From IMG/VR virus record IMGVR_UViG_3300032250_000034, positions 1-38,012 of that record: DNA of 38,012 nt; one strand, given 5' to 3'. This DNA comes from a virus (Duplodnaviria > Caudoviricetes). The notes under the pieces were generated by a model, which searched no databases, was not told where the DNA came from, and saw nothing but the letters and a program-made list of their open reading frames with translations. The position numbers and the translations under genes were made by a program. Positions 1-7,542 of the stretch are shown piece after piece (within the stretch, counting starts at the first letter, position 1; every line of letters begins with the position of its first letter).

Positions 1-88
1 CTTCACCTTCCCAAGAATTAAGCACAGTAAGCCAATTTACTTTTTTAGTGTAGCCCATTTTATCGAAAACCCAGTCAATTATGAACAT
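1..88 (-). CDS. Hypothetical protein, partial (MFIIDWVFDKMGYTKKVNWLTVLNSWEGE..., runs off the window)
   Basis: ATG at 88-86, 3 nt after the stop of 92..736; open to the window edge; translated by hand. Confidence 0.6.
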   Translation of the reverse strand, partial: MFIIDWVFDKMGYTKKVNWLTVLNSWEGE

Positions 89-91
89 GAT

Positions 92-736
92 TTACTCGTA
101 AAGAATATTGATTAAACCAGCGTCAAAGGTATCTGTGCCGTTTACTGTAGTAATGCGTACTCTGTCTAATGTTCCAGCAAGCGTTTTGCTTCCACCAACA
201 AAATTTGCAATCACGGTAGAAGTAGTTTGAGCAATTACGCCTTGTATACACCATGTATTAGAACCTAATAAATTGATACTAACTGAACCGCTAAAAACTG
301 ATGTTGCACTTGTAATTCCATTATATATAAATGCAAATCCTGATGTATAAGAAGTTCCTCTAGCACCATTAGATGTAAAAGTTGAGCCAGTTGCGGAGCT
401 ATATCCTGTAGATTCAACACCGCCTGATGTACCTAATTGAATTTGAGGCTCATTTGTTCCGTTTGTAGAAACTGTATTAATGTTTATGGTTATACGCTTT
501 ACCCAACTAGGAATACCAGTAAAATCAATACTTGTTCCGCTTGTAGAAGCAACTGCTGTACCGCTAGTAATTACACCACCACCAAATATGCCTGTAGCGG
601 TTAAATTATTAGCAGTTACTCCGCCCGATGCTACTGTTAGTCTAGTTGTACCATTACTTTGTAGTTCGATTGTTCCACTTGTATCAGCAGTTTGTACTAA
701 ACCGCTAGATGTGGATGCGTTTAAGGTTACGGACAT
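92..736 (-). CDS. Short tail fibre / receptor-binding module
   Basis: 214 aa, G/S/T-rich; C-terminal LDRVRITTVNGTDTFDAG-INILYE beta-domain; lies among fibre genes and chaperones. Confidence 0.7.
   Translation of the reverse strand: MSVTLNASTSSGLVQTADTSGTIELQSNGTTRLTVASGGVTANNLTATGIFGGGVITSGTAVASTSGTSIDFTGIPSWVKRITININTVSTNGTNEPQIQLGTSGGVESTGYSSATGSTFTSNGARGTSYTSGFAFIYNGITSATSVFSGSVSINLLGSNTWCIQGVIAQTTSTVIANFVGGSKTLAGTLDRVRITTVNGTDTFDAGLINILYE
171..291. repeat. 121-bp exact direct repeat, copy 1 (circularisation/branch overlap)
   Basis: gttccagcaagcg...taactgaaccgc identical to 37892-38012. Confidence 0.95.
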
Positions 737-745
737 AGTTATTCC

Positions 746-1042
746 TTAATTTGGTGCAGTAGGAAATTGCACATCAGTCGGGAATCCTGATTGACTTGTA
801 ATATCTCTTAATGCTTGACGATAAGTAGCCCATGCCTGTTTTTGTTCGGCAGATAAAGGACTATCAATAGTTTGTGTCCAATCAGATTCTTTTAGTAATG
901 CAGTTCTTTTATTGCGAATGGCGATTGGTAACCTTTCAAGTCTGCGATTTTCTTCTGCTATAACATCTTGTTCGTATTGGGCATAGTCATCTGCTGAGTA
1001 TTCAACCTCAACACCATCAACCCATTTATACATTTTTTCCAT
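746..1042 (-). CDS. Tail fibre assembly chaperone
   Basis: IRNKRTALLKESDWTQ..DSPLS...WATYRQALRDIT...FP-P signature of phage tail assembly chaperones. Confidence 0.85.
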   Translation of the reverse strand: MEKMYKWVDGVEVEYSADDYAQYEQDVIAEENRRLERLPIAIRNKRTALLKESDWTQTIDSPLSAEQKQAWATYRQALRDITSQSGFPTDVQFPTAPN

Positions 1043-1043
1043 C

Positions 1044-1763
1044 TTATACTCCTAGTAAAAATAGTTTGACACTGCCTGTAAATGTCTGTGAGCCTTGCCT
1101 TCTAATGATTCTTAACGCATTAAAAGTTGCACCCCTGACTGTTCCCGCACCGCTTACCATAGCTCCAGTAGAATCAAGCGTATCGTCAGGAGCAGACCTA
1201 TAACCACTATATAGTATGGATGTTCCGTTTTCGTAATCACCAAATTGTATTTGAGAATTTGCAGTTGGATAAACGCTTGCCGTATTAACAGTTCCACCAT
1301 TAGAAAGGTTAACTACAGAAAATATATTATTCGGACTATTATTAGTGGTTCTAATAACATCTGACATATATGTTGGAGTTGAATTTGAATCATTATAACC
1401 AGTACCAGCACTACTTATTGCAGTCGTTGCAAATGTTGAGCCATTGTTGGTTGAGTATCGCAAACTAAAAATATTAACCCCTGCCGTACCTGCCATTCTT
1501 CCTTGCATTTGCAAAATATAGGTTGCCCCTGCCGTTGTTGGGATATTTGTAATATCAATTGTGGTTGCTGCACTAACATTGGTAGTTGATATTAAGGTCA
1601 TGCCTTTTAACGCACCTGTGCTTCCATTCAAAGAAGAAACAACACTAGAAGTAAGAGCTAGTGTTCCACTAGTAGCTGGCAAGTCTAATACAGTAGTACC
1701 AGCAACGGCTGGTTCTTGTAATGTAATACTTCCGCTAGTTGAGCCTAATAATACGATACTCAT
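1044..1763 (-). CDS. Short tail fibre / receptor-binding module
   Basis: MSIVLLGSTSGSITLQEPAVAGTTVLDLPATSGTL N-terminus typical of small fibre modules; start at 1763 overlaps the upstream TGA (ATGA). Confidence 0.7.
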   Translation of the reverse strand: MSIVLLGSTSGSITLQEPAVAGTTVLDLPATSGTLALTSSVVSSLNGSTGALKGMTLISTTNVSAATTIDITNIPTTAGATYILQMQGRMAGTAGVNIFSLRYSTNNGSTFATTAISSAGTGYNDSNSTPTYMSDVIRTTNNSPNNIFSVVNLSNGGTVNTASVYPTANSQIQFGDYENGTSILYSGYRSAPDDTLDSTGAMVSGAGTVRGATFNALRIIRRQGSQTFTGSVKLFLLGV

Positions 1764-3049
1764 AGTATCACCCACCTTATTCCAGAATTAACTGTAACTG
1801 AGAAACCAGAACTAATAGTTATAGCCCCTACGGACATACCGTTATAATTCATTGTAATATTCTCACTGATTGTTGAGGCATTATATGCAATTGCTTTTAC
1901 GGCAGCACTACCAAAGTATTGACCACCAGCAACCGTAGCAGTGGTTACTGAAGTAAGTAAACCTTTAGCACTAACTGTAATGACTGGAATAGAAGAGGAA
2001 CTTCCATAAGTATTAGCAGTTACACCAGAGTTATCTAAGGAGATTGTAGGAGTACTACCACCTGAAGAAGAGATAGGAGATGTTCCTGATACTGAGGTTA
2101 CTCCTGATGCAGGTAATGCAGAAGAAGTCCAGCTTGTACCATTACCAATAATAGCGTAGTTGTTTGTGGGAGTTAACCCAGCAATCGTTGCTAAGTCAGC
2201 GTCATAGGCTTGAACACTAACACCAATCGCTGCTGGTTGTAATGCAGAGTCTGCTTTAGTTCCCTGAGCAGCAGTAGCATAATCAGTAGACGCTGTAGTA
2301 GCTGCAGTGCCTAAACCAAGATTAGTTCTAGCTGTAGAGAAAGACTGTAAATCAGATAGATTATTTGCTTTTGCTAAGAAAGATGAACCAGAAGCATAGG
2401 CATCAACCCAAGCAGAGCCTGTATATACTTTCATTGATCCAGCTACAGAGTTGAAATATAAAGCACCTGCTACTAAAGCATTACCATCGTTGTCTAACGC
2501 AGGATTAGAAGTCTTAGCTCCTAAGTACCTATCATCAAAATTATCGTATGCAGTTAAGGTCTGATCTCTTGCTGTCTCAGCAGCAGTCTGAGCGTTTGAC
2601 GCTGCAGTAGCTGAGGTAGCTGCGTTACTTGCAGAAGTGCTTGCATTAGATGCAGACGTAGAAGCAGCCGTAGCTGAGTTACTAGCGTTGGTAGCTGAGG
2701 TACTTGCTGCAGAAGCTGAATTAGAAGCGTTAGTAGCTGAAGTAGACGCAGCAGAAGCTGAGTTACTTGCATTGGTAGCAGATGTAGAAGCAGCACTAGC
2801 AGAACTTGCAGCGTTAGTAGCAGCAGTTTCTGCGTTAGTCTCTGCAGTTTCTGCATTAGTCTCCGCAGTCTCAGCATTTGTTTCTGCTAATTCTGCAGCA
2901 GTTCGTGCAGCTTGAGCACCTGTCCGAGCAGTTTCTGCAGCTACTTGTGCAGCAACAGCAGCATCTTTTGCTTCAAGTGCTAGCAATACTTCAGTACTAG
3001 AATCGCTTACAGCGTCTCCTGCTCCACCTGCACCACGATAAATTGCCAA
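1760..3049 (-). CDS. Tail fibre protein with Ala/Ser/Thr coiled-coil repeats
   Basis: AETNAET and SASAASTSATNASN repeats, then FDDRYLGAK..P..DNDGNAL..GALYFN and NNLSDL...ARTNLGLG fibre motifs. Confidence 0.85.
   Translation of the reverse strand: MAIYRGAGGAGDAVSDSSTEVLLALEAKDAAVAAQVAAETARTGAQAARTAAELAETNAETAETNAETAETNAETAATNAASSASAASTSATNASNSASAASTSATNASNSASAASTSATNASNSATAASTSASNASTSASNAATSATAASNAQTAAETARDQTLTAYDNFDDRYLGAKTSNPALDNDGNALVAGALYFNSVAGSMKVYTGSAWVDAYASGSSFLAKANNLSDLQSFSTARTNLGLGTAATTASTDYATAAQGTKADSALQPAAIGVSVQAYDADLATIAGLTPTNNYAIIGNGTSWTSSALPASGVTSVSGTSPISSSGGSTPTISLDNSGVTANTYGSSSSIPVITVSAKGLLTSVTTATVAGGQYFGSAAVKAIAYNASTISENITMNYNGMSVGAITISSGFSVTVNSGIRWVIL
2600..2900 (-). repeat. 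Coding tandem repeats (7-aa AETNAET x3; 14-aa SASAASTSATNASN x~4) in the tail fibre
   Basis: Visible in the translation and as degenerate 21/42-nt DNA repeats; boundaries approximate. Confidence 0.85.
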
Positions 3050-3094
3050 GATCTATCTCCTATATTTGTTTAAATACACTCATCGAATGCACTT

Positions 3095-3124
3095 AAAGAA
3101 AACTCCCCAGCCGAAGCTGGAGAG
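3095..3124 (-). terminator. Rho-independent terminator after the major capsid gene
   Basis: Minus strand CTCTCCAGC-TTCG-GCTGGGGAG-TTTTCTTT. Confidence 0.9.
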
Positions 3125-3139
3125 TCTTAGGAACTACTA

Positions 3140-4096
3140 TTAGCCGTTAACAGCTAATACAAAGCCAGTCTCAGGACGTACTACTTTAACACCGTAGAGG
3201 GTGTCAGCAGTGTACAGAGTAGCCAAGTACTCTTGTTTGTACTGAGTCTGTGAACGAACAGACATTTGCTCAGCAAGAACCATAGTGTCTTTATGACCTA
3301 GGATTGCTGCTTTAACATCACCACCAGCACTGTTGTTAGCGTCGGTTTCAATGACTGGTACGTTGCTGGAAACATAGATGTCGATACCATAGAGGCTACC
3401 GATCTGACCATTGTTTACACCACGACCATCAACGAAATCAGAGCTGTTGTAACGATCAATGCCCATGATAGCATTACGAACTGAAGGAGGAACAACGAAG
3501 AAGCGACCATCCATTGGAGTGTCAGCATCATCCATCAGCTTGATCAAGGCACGGAATACTACGTCAGTGAAAGTTGAAGTAGAAGCAACGGTATCTTCAG
3601 CATAAGCACCGAGAGCAGTACCAGCGTTAGAATAATATACGTTGCTATTTGTCCAGTCACTGCCGTCACCGTTACCGAAAGACTTACCTAATTCAAACAA
3701 GGTGTCGTCAATCTTCTTAGCTAAAGCATAGCCAGCGTCTTCTGTGTAGAAGCGACGGAGTGATGCCAAAGCCTGAACTTCAACGATGTCTTCGATGAAA
3801 CGTGAGTACTCAAAATGCTGGTCGATAACGACGTTTACTTCGGTCTCGGTGTCAGCTTGAATACGAACAGCGTTGTTAGCTGTCTTAGCAGAAGCAACAC
3901 CACGAGTTGGCTTTGGAATGTGGAGCGTATCGCCCTTCTTACCACGCATCGTCATTTTATTGACGAGGTTTGCCAATACTAGGTTCTTCTGATATGCAGC
4001 GATTACTTCGTCAGACCAGATTTCTGGGATAAACTTGTCTGCTGCTGTTTTGTTTACGATGGATGTTGATCCACCTGGGTATGCGACTACTGCCAT
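3140..4096 (-). CDS. Major capsid protein (HK97 fold)
   Basis: FIPEIWS, KKGDTLHIP, AGYALAKKID, ADTLYGVKVVRPE motifs; follows the scaffold and precedes a terminator. Confidence 0.92.
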   Translation of the reverse strand: MAVVAYPGGSTSIVNKTAADKFIPEIWSDEVIAAYQKNLVLANLVNKMTMRGKKGDTLHIPKPTRGVASAKTANNAVRIQADTETEVNVVIDQHFEYSRFIEDIVEVQALASLRRFYTEDAGYALAKKIDDTLFELGKSFGNGDGSDWTNSNVYYSNAGTALGAYAEDTVASTSTFTDVVFRALIKLMDDADTPMDGRFFVVPPSVRNAIMGIDRYNSSDFVDGRGVNNGQIGSLYGIDIYVSSNVPVIETDANNSAGGDVKAAILGHKDTMVLAEQMSVRSQTQYKQEYLATLYTADTLYGVKVVRPETGFVLAVNG

Positions 4097-4123
4097 TTTA
4101 AATCTCCTAAAATTAAATTAAAG

Positions 4124-4957
4124 TTATTTAACCCTACCCTCTGCGTAAGCTTGTAGAATTTCATCTGCCATGCTTTCGTATCGAGCTGGGTCTTGCATTC
4201 TTAAGCGAATAAGATCTGCACGACGATAAACAGGTTTTGTTGACTCTCCAGTACCGCCTTGCTGGACGGCTGCAGTCTTAAGTGCTTTGCTTCGGTTCTC
4301 ATCATCGACCTTCTTCAGCGATTCGTCAGCAGCTTTAGTAGCTTCTACTTTTTGTTGTTTGACGTTGCGTATTGACTTGTAAGTCTCTAGCAGTTCTAAC
4401 GCTGAATCTACATCGTAGTTGTTTGCCTTAGCAAATAATTCCATCCGTACCTTTGATCCTTGAATCCAAGAAGCAAAGTCATCAGATTGTGCTACACTTA
4501 AATAATCAGGATGAGCTTTCTCAATCGTCTGCAATGCAACCATCTGGGCTTGTTGAGCCTGTTGTTCTTGCAATTGCTTTAGGATTGGGTTATTAGCTAC
4601 TGCCTGATTTACTGCCTTAGCAGGGTCTTCGTACCAATCAATCTCTTGTGCTTTACTTGGCTGTGTGTCGTGCTTCGTTTCGAGTTGTTGCTTGATGTAT
4701 TGATCTAAGAGTTTACGATTCTCACCAACCTCTTGTGCCTGTCGTCCGATTAACTTCTCGGCTTCTTGATGCATCTTAATAATCTCATCAAGAGATTTAT
4801 TACGATACTTCTCAGGTAAGTCTTGTTCTGGAGCAGCCTCTTCAGTTTGTCCTACTATTTCTTCAGCAGGTTCTGGGGTTGTACTCTCGTCTTTGGTTGG
4901 ATCAGTGTACTTCTCGTTAGCGTCTACTTCGGGCAGTTCGATAAAATTTGCAGCCAT
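4124..4957 (-). CDS. Capsid scaffolding protein
   Basis: Acidic helical protein; LPEKYRNKS..EIIKMHQEAEKLIG and C-terminal EILQAYAEGRVK; directly upstream of the capsid gene. Confidence 0.8.
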   Translation of the reverse strand: MAANFIELPEVDANEKYTDPTKDESTTPEPAEEIVGQTEEAAPEQDLPEKYRNKSLDEIIKMHQEAEKLIGRQAQEVGENRKLLDQYIKQQLETKHDTQPSKAQEIDWYEDPAKAVNQAVANNPILKQLQEQQAQQAQMVALQTIEKAHPDYLSVAQSDDFASWIQGSKVRMELFAKANNYDVDSALELLETYKSIRNVKQQKVEATKAADESLKKVDDENRSKALKTAAVQQGGTGESTKPVYRRADLIRLRMQDPARYESMADEILQAYAEGRVK

Positions 4958-5023
4958 GTATATTCTCCTGTCGCAATGCGATTTTAGGACATTTAAAAAA
5001 TAGCTCGGTGGTCAAGAGTCCAT

Positions 5024-5269
5024 TTACGAGCCGTGATTAGCTTTTGTTTTTCTTTCCAATGCCAGCTTCTCAGCTCTCATCTTTGACCATCGTGCCGTAG
5101 CACTAGGGAAATCTCCACAGATTGGATCTAAACCCAACCTAGGAGAGGAAAGAATGCGAGTAGCAATCTCGCCACACTCACCACACCGAACTTCTTTTGT
5201 GTCAACATCGACGAAGGACTCAGTGATATGCGAATTCTTACATGAAAACTCAAACATCCGTCTCGGCAT
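5024..5269 (-). CDS. FmdB-like zinc-ribbon protein
   Basis: FEFSC..H...C.EC...ATRILSSP pattern. Confidence 0.75.
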   Translation of the reverse strand: MPRRMFEFSCKNSHITESFVDVDTKEVRCGECGEIATRILSSPRLGLDPICGDFPSATARWSKMRAEKLALERKTKANHGS

Positions 5270-5507
5270 TGTCTTCCTCTTTCTGGAGTTGCTCGTAGAC
5301 TTCGGTGCTTGACTCTCTTAAATTCTTTAGCCATGTCATAATAGAGACTTCTCCCTTTCTGAACCATAACTGTTGCTCAGTATCCACACCTCTAATGGTG
5401 TCAGTGCTACTAAGCATAACTTCTATGTCTTCAATCAAATTCTGCCACCCTTTGGATGACATCATTGAGAAGCGATCTTCGTAATAATCCTGTAATTCTC
5501 TGTTCAT
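5250..5507 (-). CDS. Phage hypothetical protein (head module)
   Basis: Start MNRELQDYYE at 5507 with an AAGGA RBS, downstream of a consensus promoter; sits between portal and scaffold. Confidence 0.75.
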   Translation of the reverse strand: MNRELQDYYEDRFSMMSSKGWQNLIEDIEVMLSSTDTIRGVDTEQQLWFRKGEVSIMTWLKNLRESSTEVYEQLQKEEDNAETDV

Positions 5508-5555
5508 ACTCTTTTTCCTTGACAAGGAGAGTTTATTGTGTTAATATATACTTAT

Positions 5556-5584
5556 ATTATACCATACTTTTTACAATTTGTCAA
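5556..5584 (-). promoter_or_regulatory. sigma70 promoter for scaffold/capsid genes
   Basis: TTGACA-aattgtaaaaagtatgg(17)-TATAAT, perfect consensus with extended -10 TG. Confidence 0.9.
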
Positions 5585-5587
5585 TAC

Positions 5588-7540
5588 TTATTGCATTTTT
5601 GTAGCAGTTTGTAACATAGCAATACGCTCATTAGACATGATATCAGCCTCTTTAAGGGCTAAATTAGCGATTTTCTCTACCTGGGTGAAGGGGTCAGCAC
5701 TCTGTGGCTTATTCGCAGCCTCTACAGCCTTGATTTGGGTCTCTATAGGGATTGCCTGAGCCTGAGCTCCAGCCTTCTGAGCTTCAGCTATAGCCTTAGC
5801 AGCTTCTGCCTGGGTCTTCTGCAGGGTAGCTTGAGCTGTAGCCATAGCAAGTTGCTGCATTTGCTGCTGCATTGGGTCAGGTTGACTCATTTGTTGGAGT
5901 CCTGCTACGATTTCTTCACGATTAGAGATACTAGAACCCTGGATTACACCCTGTAATAGCATAGGAACGATAGGAGATTGTGCTCCTAAGGTGGACATTA
6001 AGCCCATCATCTGCTGTTGTTCGTACTCACGAGCTACCATTCCTAGGGTAGATACAGGCAAGAACACAAAGTCCTTAACTGGGTAACGATCTGGGTCAAA
6101 CTGCATGAATCTGTAGGCAGATTTGGTGATGAATGGGATTAAGAAGTCCTCTTGGAAGTTAATCAGAGTACGTTTGTTCTTCTTCATCAAGCCTGAGAGA
6201 GCCATAGATAAACCAGCACCTGAGGCTTCCCCAGCAGCTACCTGCCCAGGCATAGCAGTACTATCAATTGTACCTGTAGCTTGGAGGAGCATTGCTTGGA
6301 AGTTCTGAGCAGTCTGGAAATTCTGAGGATCAGTCGTACCAAACTTGAACGGCATCATGATCTCGTTAGGATTACCATTGACTAAGAGGTTCTTACCTGG
6401 ACGTACATCATACTTAGCACCACGTGGTAGACGTGTAGCATCCATTGCCATCATTGGAGAAGTGGTTAACGCTAAAGAATCTAAGTGACTACGGATCTGA
6501 GCGTCAATAGCTTTCTGCATATTGTAGCCCTTCTCAGCAGTACCACGACCCCAGAAACGACCAGGCATGGAATCAGCTTGATAGGCGACAACAGGACGAT
6601 CCTTCATCATGTAAGGATTCTCTTCAGCTTTTAAGAGCCACTGATCATCAGCGATGATGACGATAGCCTCTACCATGTCTTGGTAGTCTTCAGCCATCGA
6701 ACCTTCAGGGAATAGATCTACAATCTCTTCTCCGTCTTTCTTCTGTAACTCTTCTAAGTATTCCTTAGGAACAAGACCATAGTAACGAATGACTCGTACC
6801 TTGTCGTCTTGCTTAGGAGACATCTCTTGCACAGGCTCTAAGTCCATGTCGTTGTAACTAGGAGTGATTCCTACCTTACGATATGTACCATCGACCATGC
6901 CTTGAACAATCTTGTGATAAGCAACATACTCCTCGATTGCAACACCTAAGGATGATTCTACATCACGAGCGTTAGGGTCAATGAGGAAGTTACGAGGATT
7001 GATTGGGTGGAGCTGAACCATGAACTTCTTCTGTTCAGTAACTCCGATAGCTGCCATAGCAGTGCCAGGGATAGGCTGGGTAGAAGGAGACATCACTGTC
7101 TTCTCTTCTACGGTAATCTCTCCGATACCTGTACCGTACAGTTCTCCTAAGAGAATAATATCATCTAATGCTTTCTTAACCTTCGAGAACTTAAAGTCCT
7201 CATGCATCTGTTGACGTACTAAAGCGATATCACCTTTATCAGGATCAGTGCGATCATCAACAATATCAAAGAACTCGCCACGACCAAAGACAGCTTCAGA
7301 AATCTCAGCTTGCTTCGACTCAACAGCTTGTTGGAGGGCGGGAGTAACAAGACGAGATCTTTCGGACTCACGAGTCTTGTCAGCCCCATCCCAGATTCCT
7401 CTGAACAATCTTTCATACTCTTCCCATTTATCTAAATAGTTTACATCTCGGTGATCTCTCCAACGATTGCAATGATCTACGATGAATGAGACTAACTCAC
7501 GATCATCTTCTGTTGTGATATCTTCTTTAAATTCAGCCAT
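5588..7540 (-). CDS. Portal protein (head-tail connector)
   Basis: 650 aa; PGRFWGRG..EKGYNMQKAIDAQIR motif; Q/A-rich C-terminal barrel; downstream of terminase. Confidence 0.9.
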   Translation of the reverse strand: MAEFKEDITTEDDRELVSFIVDHCNRWRDHRDVNYLDKWEEYERLFRGIWDGADKTRESERSRLVTPALQQAVESKQAEISEAVFGRGEFFDIVDDRTDPDKGDIALVRQQMHEDFKFSKVKKALDDIILLGELYGTGIGEITVEEKTVMSPSTQPIPGTAMAAIGVTEQKKFMVQLHPINPRNFLIDPNARDVESSLGVAIEEYVAYHKIVQGMVDGTYRKVGITPSYNDMDLEPVQEMSPKQDDKVRVIRYYGLVPKEYLEELQKKDGEEIVDLFPEGSMAEDYQDMVEAIVIIADDQWLLKAEENPYMMKDRPVVAYQADSMPGRFWGRGTAEKGYNMQKAIDAQIRSHLDSLALTTSPMMAMDATRLPRGAKYDVRPGKNLLVNGNPNEIMMPFKFGTTDPQNFQTAQNFQAMLLQATGTIDSTAMPGQVAAGEASGAGLSMALSGLMKKNKRTLINFQEDFLIPFITKSAYRFMQFDPDRYPVKDFVFLPVSTLGMVAREYEQQQMMGLMSTLGAQSPIVPMLLQGVIQGSSISNREEIVAGLQQMSQPDPMQQQMQQLAMATAQATLQKTQAEAAKAIAEAQKAGAQAQAIPIETQIKAVEAANKPQSADPFTQVEKIANLALKEADIMSNERIAMLQTATKMQ

Positions 7541-7542
7541 TC

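Noticed and set aside
92-170. Diversity-generating retroelement (VR/TR pair with 37810-37891)
   Set aside because: Differences are mostly synonymous third-position changes, not adenine-specific, and no reverse transcriptase gene is present
2554-2915. Alternative-frame ORFs 2554..2877 (-) and 2637..2915 (+)
   Set aside because: Shadows of the low-complexity Ala/Ser/Thr repeat in the tail fibre
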